NCBI GenBank assembly: GCA_046757165.1
Contig: JBHHXT010000003.1
Location: forward strand, 1-64,000
Source of the DNA: a bacterium
GTDB taxonomy: Bacteria > Zhuqueibacterota > Zhuqueibacteria > Oceanimicrobiales > Oceanimicrobiaceae
DNA length: 64,000 bases
Direction of reading: 5' to 3'
Shown: piece by piece, positions 1 through 9,894 of the stretch
Layout of the letters: each line of letters opens with the position of its first letter
Numbering within the stretch: the first letter of the stretch is position 1
Position numbers and translations under genes: made by a program
The notes under the pieces: model-generated
The model's database searches: none
Told to the model about the DNA's origin: nothing
The model's input: the letters and a program-made list of their open reading frames with translations, nothing else

Positions 1-290
1 TGTCAACTACCGCACGATCTGCGTTCGGAATTTTCATGAATTTGCGTCTTAGTATCATATACTAACGCTCTCATCTAGTGCGCTACTTCTATTTATGATT
101 CAAAAACACAAACCGTGTAATATAGTACAAATTCTGATATGATGCAACTGTCGCTTTACGGCGCGGGCGAAAACGCACCCAAAGCTACCGAAACCGCATC
201 CGCCAGAATAATCGACCACAAGCGCGCCGTCGCATCGCAACCCCGCGACCTTCTCAAGCCGCTTGTTGGCGCGGGGTCTCCACCGGCTTC

Positions 291-1227
291 TGTCAAGGGT
301 CAAGTTAATTCCCCACTTTTTTCGGTTGATAAGCTTTACCTTTCTCCGTTCCCCCATTTAACTAACGGAGCGGAGAATCATGGCTTACAAACAAATCAGT
401 GCGATGGATATTTACGAGATTTTGACCCGTTGGCATGCCGGTTATAACAACACTCAGATCAGTGCTTCCCTGACCGTGGACCGTAAGACGGCTCGCCAGT
501 ACCTGCAAGCGGCTGAGCGAGCCGGGCTTTGCCGCGACAGAGCGTTACCGCCGAAACAACAAGTGCTGGAGCTGGTGCAGTCCTTTATTCGCCCCAAAGC
601 ATACCGGCAACCTAGCCGCGATGCTTTTTCTCCTTACACAGATGAAATTGTAGCAATGGTCACCGCCAGGACCGACCCGGTTAAGCCCAAGACCGCCTAC
701 GAAATCATTTGTGAACGCTACGGCGTTACAGCCAGCTATAGTTCGTTTAAGCGTTTCATCCGGCCTCATCTAGAGCAGGTGACAACTCAAACCACCTGCC
801 GGTTCGAAACCGAGCCGGGTGAAGAAATTCAAATCGACTACGGCGTGCCCAGGCGTCTGATTATCGACAATCTGAAGGCCGGCATCGGCACACACTTCAA
901 GCAGCTCATTCTCGAGGTGCTCTCCCCGCATGCCAAACTCAACTACCGCCGCGCCCTGGCGCTGGTGAATCTGCGGAAAAAGTATTATCCCGAACAACTC
1001 GATGAAGCGGCCAAGCTGGCACTCAAACACAACATTCATACCCCCAAACAATTCGAACGCTTGCTCAAAAACAACAACACGGGCGCTCAGGAACCTATTT
1101 TCATCTCTGATGAAACCCGGCAACTCGTGCGCGACCCGAGTTATTTCATCAAATAATTTCAAGGAGGCACCATGCAACTCCAAACCGAACTGTCACACCA
1201 ACTCAGACGTCTGAAGCTTTCCGGTCT
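291..1227 (+). mobile_element. Decayed IS21-family insertion sequence (left end, internally deleted istA, 5' stub of istB)
   Basis: Starts TGTCAAGGGTCAAGTTAATTCCCCAC (IS21-like TGT end with repeated TTCCCC(C)A sub-motif), followed by istA- and istB-like ORFs; no right end seen. Confidence 0.75.
380..1156 (+). pseudogene. istA: IS21 transposase IstA with internal in-frame deletions
   Basis: N-terminal HTH (VDRKTARQY); RFETEPGEEIQIDYG abuts VPRRLIIDNLKAG; 258 aa versus about 500 aa for typical IstA; third catalytic (Glu) region absent. Confidence 0.8.
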
Positions 1228-1563
1228 ATGTGCCAGAGCGATGCTAATGATTTCAAAGTCGTGAACCTTTAGTCCCGCTGGTTGGTATTTTGAGAGCAGT
1301 TCTCGGAAGACCTCAAAGGAGTGGTCGTTAGGAAACAAAACGGTAAGAAGGGAAAGATAGTCTTCTATGACTTCTAATGCGTCACCCATCGAAAGAGAAT
1401 TTTGACCACGGGTTGTGACAGCCAGGAATTCAGCAAAATTCTTTGAAGTAGTACACAGTTGACAGTCGGTCTTGCTGAGTATAAAACGAGATTTTGCAAA
1501 AAATTCTGAATCCTCGTCTATGGCATAAACCAGGATATTTGTGTCCACAAGCAGTTCATTCAT
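1159..1563 (-). pseudogene. PIN-domain (VapC-like) protein with C-terminus replaced by IS21 sequence
   Basis: LLVDTNILVYA, FAEF and HDFEIISIALAH PIN motifs; the final T-x-D/N motif is missing and the last ~22 aa read from the antisense istB stub; AT-rich. Confidence 0.75.
1172..1264 (+). pseudogene. istB: IstB helper ATPase, N-terminal stub
   Basis: AAGGAGG RBS at 1161, ATG 1172, MQLQTELSHQLRRLKLSG typical of an IstB start; runs into unrelated sequence at ~1227 and stops. Confidence 0.7.
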
Positions 1564-1647
1564 AAGCACGCTGACGAATATAGCAAAATGACTTTCAGAA
1601 TTCAACACAATGTTTCGGCATCCTTTCTCACAGCTAACGTTTTACTT

Positions 1648-3714
1648 TTAGGCCGCTTCAGTCACATTCTTGTTTCCGATATCAGCCAATTTAGCGTCAT
1701 CGTTCTGCTCCACCACCCCTTTCTCTCCCAACAGCAAGCTGCGGTACAGTTCAGCGAGCTGTGCACCAACCATTTGAATGTCGTACTGACCCTTGACCTT
1801 CTCTTGATTCGTGCGGCCGATTCGATGACGCAACCTATCATCGCGTAGCAGTCGCACGATATGCGCTGCGACGGCTTCGGAATCTCCGGGTTGAATCAGG
1901 GTGCCGTTTCGGTCGTGCTCGATCAGTTCTGGAATGCCGCCGACAGCGCTGGCGATGACCGGCAGCCCGGCTGCCATCGCCTCCAGAATGCTGACTGGCA
2001 ATCCTTCGTTGTAGGAGGTGAGGACAAAGACGCTGGCATGGCGCAAGATGTCAACCTTCGTTCGTTCATCTACCCATCCGGGAAAGTCGACATGACCCGA
2101 GATGTGCAATTGCTGGCAAAGCGTTTTGCAGGCAGCGAGCTCGCCATCGCCGCAAATGATGAACCTTGCCTGCGGGACGGTACGCAGTACCCGCGGCACG
2201 GCGTTGAGCAAGTCAAACACGCCCTTCTCGCGGCAGAGTTTGCCCATGAAGACCACCTGCCCGGACCCGGCACGTTTGTTCGGGCCTGCCTTCTGCGTGA
2301 AGTCGCTTGTGTTCACAGGATTGGGGATGACCGTGATGGACTCGATCCGGGCTATCTTTTGCAACCTGGCTTTCCAGCTCTCCGCTACCACAACCACCAC
2401 GTTCGGGCGCGCCAGCGTTTCCCGAATCCACGTTTTTTGACGGCCGGAGGCAGTGGTGTAGAATTGCTGAAATTCGCCACCGTGCACGTGCAGGATGACT
2501 TTTCTGCCCAATGCGCAACCCAGCCAGAGAAACAAGGACTTGCGATAGAAGCTGCGCCAGGAGGCAGAATGAATATGCACGATTTTGATGCCTGAAACGA
2601 GCACAAAGCCGACGAAGCGCAGAAGGGCGAGGACCAGCGCCATCGCCTTGACGAGTGAATTGCGAGTCGAGGAAGTCGGCAGGTATTTGATTCTGTGTGC
2701 TTCAAACAGGCCCTGGTGGGCATAGCAGGCGATCACCGCTGCAATGCCGCCGCGCGCATTTTTCAAGGGGTAGGGGCCGAGCATCAGGATTTCCGGTTTC
2801 GTAGCCATCTCATTCTCTCTACTCCTGACGCCGTTGCGCGGGTGGGTCGCTTTCCGCTGCAGGTGCTTCAGCAGGGGGAAGAACCCGCTGGTTTGCGCAC
2901 AGAGCACATTCACGGAGGCGGTGTCCACCACTTCGTGAACCTTCAACCGGTAAGGATCGGTTTTGACATCATTCCAACCGAAGTCGAGCGTGCGTGCGGA
3001 GTCATAGCCGCATTGTTGCAGCAGGGCGAGCTCTCGTTCGGTGTAGTCCCCGTTGGGGAAGGCAAAGTGTTTGACGGGCTGGTGGCAGATCGCTTCCAGG
3101 TGTGTTCTGGAGTCTCGCAATTCCTCCAGGCAGGTGCTGGCCTGACAGCGCGGCAGAATCGGATGAAACCGGGTGTGCGAGCCAAACTCAACATAGGGGG
3201 ACAGTTCTGCGATCTCGGCGGCATTGAGCGATTGCCGCGTGGGGTACTCCTTTTCCGGCTCGTAATCGACTTCTTTTTTCAAGGTTGCCAGAAACTGGTC
3301 GTGCGGCGTCTGTTTGAGTCTCTCCAGATCGCGCACGCCGGTTTTCCACCAGTAGTGGCGTTTGGTATCGATGATGTGGCTGCAAAGGAAGATGGTGGCA
3401 TGAACCCCGAACTGCCGCAGCAGATGTCGAAGCTCGTAATTGCCTTTGTGCCCGTCATCAAACGTGAAGACCAGGCCGTTTTGCGGCATGCGGGACCAAT
3501 CCCGGTTGCGGATGGCGTGCACCAGCTCACTGAGCGAGACGAAAGTGAAGTGGCGGGCGAGGTAGGTCAGGTGGCGTTCGAAGACAGCGGGCGCCGGATT
3601 GTGGTAGACGACGATGGTCACTCTGTTTTGCCCTCTCACCTTTCTCAGCAATGCCGGGGCAAATGAGAAGCGAAAGAAAAAGGCGAGCAATTCTTTGAGC
3701 ATGTTTGCGATCAT
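1648..3714 (-). CDS. Fused polysaccharide deacetylase (CE4/NodB) and GT4 glycosyltransferase
   Basis: TFDDG, GSHTRFHP and FAFPNG in the N-half; EGLPVSILEAMAAG GT4 motif in the C-half. Confidence 0.85.
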   Translation of the reverse strand: MIANMLKELLAFFFRFSFAPALLRKVRGQNRVTIVVYHNPAPAVFERHLTYLARHFTFVSLSELVHAIRNRDWSRMPQNGLVFTFDDGHKGNYELRHLLRQFGVHATIFLCSHIIDTKRHYWWKTGVRDLERLKQTPHDQFLATLKKEVDYEPEKEYPTRQSLNAAEIAELSPYVEFGSHTRFHPILPRCQASTCLEELRDSRTHLEAICHQPVKHFAFPNGDYTERELALLQQCGYDSARTLDFGWNDVKTDPYRLKVHEVVDTASVNVLCAQTSGFFPLLKHLQRKATHPRNGVRSRENEMATKPEILMLGPYPLKNARGGIAAVIACYAHQGLFEAHRIKYLPTSSTRNSLVKAMALVLALLRFVGFVLVSGIKIVHIHSASWRSFYRKSLFLWLGCALGRKVILHVHGGEFQQFYTTASGRQKTWIRETLARPNVVVVVAESWKARLQKIARIESITVIPNPVNTSDFTQKAGPNKRAGSGQVVFMGKLCREKGVFDLLNAVPRVLRTVPQARFIICGDGELAACKTLCQQLHISGHVDFPGWVDERTKVDILRHASVFVLTSYNEGLPVSILEAMAAGLPVIASAVGGIPELIEHDRNGTLIQPGDSEAVAAHIVRLLRDDRLRHRIGRTNQEKVKGQYDIQMVGAQLAELYRSLLLGEKGVVEQNDDAKLADIGNKNVTEAA

Positions 3715-3735
3715 GCGTTCGCAGTCCTTAATTCT

Positions 3736-4743
3736 CTACCGCTTCGCACCGGTCAGTAGCCAACGAATGGCCGCAAGACTCTGTTCTATTTTCGTGCGCG
3801 TCTCCGCGCGTGTGTCCGGTCTGAGCACGTACTCCGCTGCTGCCACGACCACTCTGAGCAAATGGCGGACAAAGATGAGCGCGCCGATATGCAAGACGCC
3901 ACCGCGGCCGTGGTGTTTGCGCCAGTAGTGCAAACTCGTCCGCTCGGTTTCGATCATGAACGTGACGGGCGCGTTGGAGGAGCTCCCCCTGCCATAGTGA
4001 ATAGCCCGGGCTTGCGGGTGGTACACCACCTGCCAGCCGCTCTCGTTCATGCGCTTGCAGTAGTCGAAGTCTTCCCAGTAAATGAAAAAGTCTTCGTCCA
4101 GCAGCCCCACCTGCTGCAACGCCGCGCGCCGGAGGACCCAAAAACAGCCAGATAGGACCTCCACCGGCTGGACCGTGTCCTGCCGCCCGTATTTGCCGTA
4201 CAACCCGTTCCAGAACGCAGAGCCCGGAAAGAGCCGGGCCAGGCCGAACGCGTGACAGAGGCTATTCCATCTGTTCGGATGGCCGTAGCAAGATCTCTGC
4301 ACCGTGCGGTCCGGATTGAGCAGCTGCGGCCCGACCATGCCAGCCTCAGGGTGCTCGTCAAGATAACCACGCAAGGTTTCGAAACAGCCCTCCAGGACCT
4401 CCACATCGGAGTTGACGAGCGCCAGGGTGCGCGCCTGACACTGCCGAATGGCGAGGTTGTTTGCCCGGGCAAACCCCTGATTGCTGTCATTGCAGATGAG
4501 CTTGACCTCAGGGAACTGGTCGTGGAGCATTTCCTGCGTGCCGTCAGATGAAGCATTGTCGACCACCCAGATTTCATGGTCAATGGCCGGCATGGTGGCG
4601 TAGATCGAGCGCAGACAGGTTTGCAGGAATGTTTTTGCATTCCAGCTTACGATAATGATAGCCAGCTCTACGCGAGTCGCGATGGCATTTTGGGGCGAGC
4701 TGACCGGTGCCGTTTCCACCGTCGTTTTTGTTTGATTCCTCAC
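3736..4743 (-). CDS. GT2 family glycosyltransferase
   Basis: IIIVSWN, VVDNASSDGT, NQGFARANN, LVNSDV, FFIYWEDFD; start moved to the GTG overlapping the upstream stop (alternative 4719). Confidence 0.85.
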   Translation of the reverse strand: MRNQTKTTVETAPVSSPQNAIATRVELAIIIVSWNAKTFLQTCLRSIYATMPAIDHEIWVVDNASSDGTQEMLHDQFPEVKLICNDSNQGFARANNLAIRQCQARTLALVNSDVEVLEGCFETLRGYLDEHPEAGMVGPQLLNPDRTVQRSCYGHPNRWNSLCHAFGLARLFPGSAFWNGLYGKYGRQDTVQPVEVLSGCFWVLRRAALQQVGLLDEDFFIYWEDFDYCKRMNESGWQVVYHPQARAIHYGRGSSSNAPVTFMIETERTSLHYWRKHHGRGGVLHIGALIFVRHLLRVVVAAAEYVLRPDTRAETRTKIEQSLAAIRWLLTGAKR

Positions 4744-6140
4744 AGTCCGCCCGTGGTGTGTCGGTGCGAGGGGGCGAGCTGAAGCTTGTATGTCGCGGCA
4801 AAGTGAAACATCAGCAAAAAGAAGCCGAAAAAGACCGCGGTCGACAGCGTGGCGATGAGCGTGGCGATGGGCAAGAAGAGCAGCAGCGCAAGCCCGAAGC
4901 ACACCAACGCCAGCCGCGCGTCCCGTTTGTCCAGGCGCAGGTACGCCACCTCCAGCCAGCCGAACAGCAAACCAAAGGCAAACAGTTGCAAGCACACGCC
5001 ATAAAAGAGCCCGAAGCTGGTGTACGCCTCGCCAATCGTCCCGATGCGAATGCCGAGCTCGTCTCCGAACTGCCGTCCCAGGACGTAGACGGCGCTTTTT
5101 TCGGTCATCAGTTTGTTTTTGTCCACGCCCACTACGGCCCAGACCTGTTTTGGCAGGATGGGTAAGAGCGCGCCGGTGAAGAATTGCTCGCCGTAGAAGT
5201 CGCCGCTTTCACGCACCTCGTTGACGACAAAAGTGTACTCGCGCCACTCTCTGAAGATGTTCATCACCACCAGCTCCGAGGTCGAAAGCTCTTTGAACGA
5301 GCGGCCACCGCGGAATTCGGCGTACAGCAGAGAAAGAACGACCAGGCCCAGCCCAAAAGTCGCCAGGTGTCTGATTCTCACTTTCTGCATTTTCAACGAC
5401 AGGAGTACTGCCGTGGCTATGGCAACGAAGGCATAGATTCTCTGACCATATATCATCAGGAGCAAACAACAGATGGCCGTGAGCACCAGGTAGACTTTGC
5501 GGTTGGTTTTGACCGCAGCAAAGGTGACTGCCAGCGGCACGGCCACCAACCACAACCTGGAAAACTTGAGCGGATACTCCCCGACGATCTTGTGAAAAGA
5601 GCCCCGGACAGCGTCGATGTTGGAATGAAGGATCGGGACATAGCCCAGCCGGAAGAGCACAAACACGGTGAAAATGGCCGCCAGTGCCATGATTCCCCAA
5701 AGCAGCAACGAAGCGCGCTGCTCATCCCAGAGAACCAGGCGATTTCTCTTCGGCCCCTTGAAAATGAAATGCGCCACCAGGATCCCGACCATCAGAGTCG
5801 CCATGCCCAGAGCCCACACAAAAAGCGGGAAAGCCAGCGCAATGTTCACGTTGGACAGATCTCCAAACAGTTTCTCGAACACGCGCAAGCCCGGGGGACC
5901 GAAAATGGGGCCGGCCAGGAAGAACATGAACAGAGCGGCTGATGGGGGAATCGCCGTGCTTTTACGCGCTATCCAGAGCACCAGAAGGAAGGTAAACAAA
6001 AACAGCAGTGCCGAGGCGCCATACAGGGGTTCGGCGATGAAAACATTCACCACGGCGCCGTCGAAGATGACGGTGACGATCGTCAGGAAGACGAAGAGAT
6101 AGACCGCCACGAGGGAATATGTAATGATCTTTTTGTTCAA
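4740..6140 (-). CDS. wzy: Wzy-like polysaccharide polymerase
   Basis: Many hydrophobic segments, large periplasmic loop, GEAYTSFG motif, EPS locus context. Confidence 0.7.
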   Translation of the reverse strand: MNKKIITYSLVAVYLFVFLTIVTVIFDGAVVNVFIAEPLYGASALLFLFTFLLVLWIARKSTAIPPSAALFMFFLAGPIFGPPGLRVFEKLFGDLSNVNIALAFPLFVWALGMATLMVGILVAHFIFKGPKRNRLVLWDEQRASLLLWGIMALAAIFTVFVLFRLGYVPILHSNIDAVRGSFHKIVGEYPLKFSRLWLVAVPLAVTFAAVKTNRKVYLVLTAICCLLLMIYGQRIYAFVAIATAVLLSLKMQKVRIRHLATFGLGLVVLSLLYAEFRGGRSFKELSTSELVVMNIFREWREYTFVVNEVRESGDFYGEQFFTGALLPILPKQVWAVVGVDKNKLMTEKSAVYVLGRQFGDELGIRIGTIGEAYTSFGLFYGVCLQLFAFGLLFGWLEVAYLRLDKRDARLALVCFGLALLLFLPIATLIATLSTAVFFGFFLLMFHFAATYKLQLAPSHRHTTGGL

Positions 6141-6184
6141 TTTATTGTTCTATTGTTCTATAAACAATTTGCGGCTTCGCCGCG

Positions 6185-7267
6185 TCATGGTTCCGCGTTT
6201 TTCTTCGCAACCAAAACCAATTCTTCTCCTGACCCGGGTCGGACTTTTGTGAGCAGGAGCTCAACAAGTTCAAGCGCTCGCGCCAGAAATCGGATGCGCC
6301 TCGATTCCCGACCATTGAGGCAAAAACTGCCTGTCCTTTTGATGGCCTCGCTGCCGTTGAAGGTGATGTCTTTCCACTGCAAAGTTGTCCAGGCGCGCAG
6401 CTCGCGAAAACCGGATTGCCGGGCCATTTCTACCAACGTCCTCGAGGAGAACAAAAACAAGTGTCGCGGCGGGTCCAGGTGGACCCAATCCTGCCCGTAG
6501 AGACGGTGGGCCCAGCTCTCGATATTGGGGGTGGCCAGCACCAGAAGACCGCCGGGCTTCAGAATTCGAAAGCAGGTCCGCAGGACGCGCGCGGGGTCGT
6601 GCATATGCTCAATCACATGGCTCATGGTAATCGCATCGAAGACCTCATCGGCAAAATTTTGCTCCCCGAGCCTGCCTGCCGACACCTCCAGACCGGCTGC
6701 CCGGGAGCGTGCCACGGCCGCAGGATCCACTTCGATGCCCTGCACCTGCCAGCCGAGCGCTTGCATGAGCCGGAGCCGCCTGCCGCTGCCACTGCCAATG
6801 TCAAGCAAGCGGCCGCCAGCATGGGCCGGCAGGAACATCACGTCCATATCGATGGCATTCCGTTGCAGCGGATGCAGGGTGATAAGCCAACCAAGCAAGT
6901 TGGCAGCGGTGTGCAATGGGCCGGGGCTGGCTGCGGCCGGATAACCATATTTCAGACCGAGGTAGCTGCGTTTGATCTTTTGGTAGAGTCTCTTGCCCCC
7001 GTTTTTGTCTCCCTGCTGTCCGTTGCCGTGGGTGTAGTAGTCTAGATAGGCCTTGCCGATTTCGGCCGGTAGCGGCATGGGATTGAGCCAGAGCAGGTCA
7101 CAGCTCGTGTTCGTGCAGCCAAAGATGGACCACTCGCCCGGGGCGTCGAAGAGCCGGTCTCGCAGGCCGGTGTAAAGCGGCTCGCCTTCTGCGCCGCACA
7201 CCCTGCAGTGCGGGACCGGAGTTGATTTGATCGTGTGCCTTTCTGTTTTAGCAAGCGTTGCTGCCAT
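6185..7267 (-). CDS. Class I SAM-dependent methyltransferase with N-terminal Cys cluster
   Basis: LLDIGSGSG motif I, SHVIEH, ILKPGG; CRVC...CTNTSC; start set at MAATLAK. Confidence 0.85.
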   Translation of the reverse strand: MAATLAKTERHTIKSTPVPHCRVCGAEGEPLYTGLRDRLFDAPGEWSIFGCTNTSCDLLWLNPMPLPAEIGKAYLDYYTHGNGQQGDKNGGKRLYQKIKRSYLGLKYGYPAAASPGPLHTAANLLGWLITLHPLQRNAIDMDVMFLPAHAGGRLLDIGSGSGRRLRLMQALGWQVQGIEVDPAAVARSRAAGLEVSAGRLGEQNFADEVFDAITMSHVIEHMHDPARVLRTCFRILKPGGLLVLATPNIESWAHRLYGQDWVHLDPPRHLFLFSSRTLVEMARQSGFRELRAWTTLQWKDITFNGSEAIKRTGSFCLNGRESRRIRFLARALELVELLLTKVRPGSGEELVLVAKKNAEP

Positions 7268-7280
7268 GTTCCTCAAACTC

Positions 7281-8831
7281 TCATTTGACCGGTGGAGTGG
7301 CGGGCAAGCCGGTGTGCAGCCACTGCCGTACAGTCGAGCGCTCATCGCGGTCGAGGACGAGAAACCACGAAGTAAAAAAGAAGCCCGCAAGCGTGAGGGT
7401 GAGAAAGACCCCTTTTGCGGCCATATTCAACGGGAGCATGGCTGCTGCAAGAACAATCAGACTGCCGCCGAGCACCATGGCCATGCGTTGCACCTCCTTC
7501 CGGGCTGCGGGCAAGAGCCGGCGCGAGAAATCCAGCAGCAGCACGGAGTCCAGCAGCACACGGATGAGCCACGCGAGCGCGGCGCCTGTGATGCCGAGTT
7601 TTCCGACCAGCCACCACAGCAGGAGCAGATAAAAGGGCAGCTCGACCAAATGAAACTTTGCGGTCAAATCCGGGCGGCCGATTCCTTGAATCAACGTGTA
7701 CGAGACCTGCGCGACGCTGTTGATGAAGACGCCCAGCGTCAGGCACTGCAGCACGATGGCGCTGTTGCGCGCGAACGCCTCCCCGACCCAGAGCTGCAAG
7801 ATCTCGTGGGCCAGGGTCGTGAGAACCAGGGCGACCGGGAAGACCAGAAGGTGAATCCATTTCATGCTCCTGGAGAAGAGCCGGGCAGTATGGCGTTTGT
7901 TTTGCGCAAAACTGGTGGAAAACGCCGGGAACATCACGCCGACGATCGCGCCGGGAATCACCCACAGGCGTGTCACCACTTCATAGGGGGTGACGTAGTA
8001 CGCGACGGCTGTGACGGAGACGAGTATGCCGATCAGAAAACGGTCCAGATACTCCATCAGCGGGCTGATGATATTGCTGACCGTCAGCCAGCCGCCAAAG
8101 CGGAGAATCGGCCCGACGTACGCGCCCCGCACCTCGAGGTGGGTGCGCAGGATGGGCAGGGTCCGCAAGCACAGCACGAGATAGACAAGCCAGGCCACAA
8201 TTCTTCCGGCAGCCAAAACCGCAACAATGTGGACGAGCTTGTTTGAAAAGGGCAAGACCGCCAGCGGACCGAGATAAGTCAGCAGCCCCAGATTGATTCG
8301 CACCGCGTTGATGAGCTCAAAGCGCTGCTTCGCTTCCAGAATGCCGCGCAGTCCGGCGGTGCTGACGACGATGGGAATCGAAAGGGCGAGCAGGTAAAAC
8401 GCCTGCAAGCACTCGGCCTGCAGCCCGACGGGAATTTTCAAGAGGCGCGTGACGAGCGGGGGGGAGAGCAGCGCCATCACCAGCGTCCCGAGAAGCCCGA
8501 ACAGCCACATGAGCCCCAATCCCGTCCACACCAGTCCCCGCAGCTCGGGTTGACGCTTGGTCGCGAGGTGCTCGGCGACCAGTTTGGTGAGCGCCCGGCC
8601 AATCCCGAGGTCGAACAAGCTGAAGTAGCCGATGACCATCCAGGCCAGGGTGAGCACGCCAAAACGGTCGAGGCCCAGTTGTTGGATCAGCAGTGGAATC
8701 GCGAAGATGGCGACGATCATGGGGGCGCCCCGCCCAACGAGATTGAGGAGCGTGTTGCGGGCCAGCAATCTGCCGCGCGTCAGCTCGCCGGCAGCCGACT
8801 CTTGTTCAGCTTTGTTTAGTTTCTTTTGCAT
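7281..8831 (-). CDS. wzx: Wzx flippase
   Basis: RNTLLNL...LG...FDLGIG and LDRFLIG MOP/PST-family motifs; highly hydrophobic. Confidence 0.9.
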   Translation of the reverse strand: MQKKLNKAEQESAAGELTRGRLLARNTLLNLVGRGAPMIVAIFAIPLLIQQLGLDRFGVLTLAWMVIGYFSLFDLGIGRALTKLVAEHLATKRQPELRGLVWTGLGLMWLFGLLGTLVMALLSPPLVTRLLKIPVGLQAECLQAFYLLALSIPIVVSTAGLRGILEAKQRFELINAVRINLGLLTYLGPLAVLPFSNKLVHIVAVLAAGRIVAWLVYLVLCLRTLPILRTHLEVRGAYVGPILRFGGWLTVSNIISPLMEYLDRFLIGILVSVTAVAYYVTPYEVVTRLWVIPGAIVGVMFPAFSTSFAQNKRHTARLFSRSMKWIHLLVFPVALVLTTLAHEILQLWVGEAFARNSAIVLQCLTLGVFINSVAQVSYTLIQGIGRPDLTAKFHLVELPFYLLLLWWLVGKLGITGAALAWLIRVLLDSVLLLDFSRRLLPAARKEVQRMAMVLGGSLIVLAAAMLPLNMAAKGVFLTLTLAGFFFTSWFLVLDRDERSTVRQWLHTGLPATPPVK

Positions 8832-8864
8832 TGCGTACAGAGTTTTTCCTGCAAGTGACCGGGC

Positions 8865-8897
8865 AACCTTGCGAAGGTTTCGAACCTTCGCAAGGTT
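8865..8897. repeat. REP-like nested palindrome
   Basis: AACCTTGCGAAGGTT-TCG-AACCTTCGCAAGGTT, perfect 15-bp inverted repeat; each arm is itself a hairpin. Confidence 0.8.
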
Positions 8898-8944
8898 TTA
8901 GATGGATTCAGATGAACTATGACCTGGCCGTTTCCAGGAACTCA

Positions 8945-9094
8945 CTAGTGATTGGCCGAAAACTCCGATTTTTGATGTCATTGCGAGCGTTTCTCAGCGA
9001 AGCAATCCCCGTCTCACGCACGGCAGGAGATGGCTTCGGCCAACAACGCCTCGCAAGGGACAGCGCGTTACACGAGTTTTCGGTCAATCAATAG
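8945..9094. mobile_element. MITE-like element 1 enclosing a GTCATTGCGAG-type palindrome
   Basis: Terminal IRs CTAGTGATTGGCCGAAAACTC / GAGTTTTCGGTCAATCAATAG (19 of 21 match); internal TGTCATTGCGAG...GCAATC...CTCGCAAGGGACA. Confidence 0.65.
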
Positions 9095-9333
9095 CTAAAC
9101 TAACATTTCTCACTTCGCCTGAGCAGGAGTGTAAAAATCAGTGAGCGCAGCGAACGTATTTTTACATACATTTAGCCTTGATTATTGCAAAAATACGCTT
9201 CGCTGATTTTTGCACTCCTGTTTTTCACTTTCTTCAACCGGAAAATAAGTTTTGGCGTTAAGTGAATATTTTAATATTTTGTCTGTAAGTGCCATAGTCA
9301 CAGTATCATCTGAAAGTGAGAAATGTCACTTAG
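9095..9333. mobile_element. MITE-like element 2
   Basis: Terminal IR cores ACATTTCTCACTT / AAGTGAGAAATGT with CTAA and TTAG ends; internal hairpin AGGAGTGTAAAAATCAG...CTGATTTTTGCACTCCT; AT-rich, no ORF. Confidence 0.6.
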
Positions 9334-9454
9334 CGCCTGGCTCAGTGGCGCGGTTTCAGGCAACTGAACATGCTGTTTAAACAGAACTTGCTACGAAGTT
9401 CCTGACATGAAACTTAGCTCCAGCGTCAGCGTTCACTGAAGCCAAATGTTAGCA
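9334..9454 (+). other. attC-like recombination site (left core lost)
   Basis: TGGCTCAGTGGCGC pairs with GCGTTCACTGAAGCCA leaving unpaired bases; ends in a GTTRRRY-like GTTAGCA. Confidence 0.45.
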
Positions 9455-9463
9455 TTTTTTTCT

Positions 9464-9894
9464 ACCACGAAGGGCACGAAGTACACGAAGACTTTAAAGT
9501 ACAAATCTTTTAATCCCACCGTTTTTGAGAAGCTCGACATTAAAATTCATCAGAAGACCTACTGAAACATTGGCTAATTTCATGTAGGTCAATAGCTGAG
9601 CTTCATGAATTGGTAGAAATTTCTCTACGCTTTTTAATTCGATGATGAGTTGCTTCTCGACAAACAGGTCTATTCTGTAACCACAATCTAAACGAACCCC
9701 TTTATATTCAACTGGTAGGGGAGCCTGAACTTGAAACGCAATATCGGTTAAGGCAAGTTCTCTGGCCAAGCACTGCTCATATGCCGACTCCAATAGAACT
9801 GGCCCTGGCGCACGGTGTACTTCAATCGCACAGCCAATTACACGATTTGAAAGCTCATCAAATTCCACTTCGTGCCCTTCGTGTACTTCGTGGT
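9464..9894. repeat. Inverted arms of 9-bp-period CACGAAG repeats flanking the GxxExxY gene
   Basis: ACCACGAAGGGCACGAAGTACACGAAG (9464-9490) and CTTCGTGCCCTTCGTGTACTTCGTGGT (9868-9894). Confidence 0.85.
9494..9868 (-). CDS. GxxExxY protein (PD-(D/E)XK nuclease-like)
   Basis: GPVLLESAY, YRIDLFVE, IIELKS, AQLLTY, GLLMNF; AT-rich. Confidence 0.9.
   Translation of the reverse strand: MEFDELSNRVIGCAIEVHRAPGPVLLESAYEQCLARELALTDIAFQVQAPLPVEYKGVRLDCGYRIDLFVEKQLIIELKSVEKFLPIHEAQLLTYMKLANVSVGLLMNFNVELLKNGGIKRFVL

Noticed and set aside
240..278. ACCCCGCG...CGCGGGGT hairpin with an attC-like GTTGGCG
   Set aside because: Only an 8-bp stem and no matching left core site; too weak to call.
100..447. Short ORFs 100-357 (-) and 139-447 (+)
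   Set aside because: No recognisable motifs; they overlap the IS21 end and istA start.
4744..4995. N-terminal extension of the GT2 ORF (likewise 7268-7390, 12245-12298, 51430-51468, 53221-53292)
   Set aside because: Extensions overlap upstream genes or precede better starts; treated as ORF-caller artefacts.
9464..9894. CACGAAG repeats as a CRISPR array
   Set aside because: Units are 9 bp with no unique spacers and no cas genes; no CRISPR array seen anywhere in the window.
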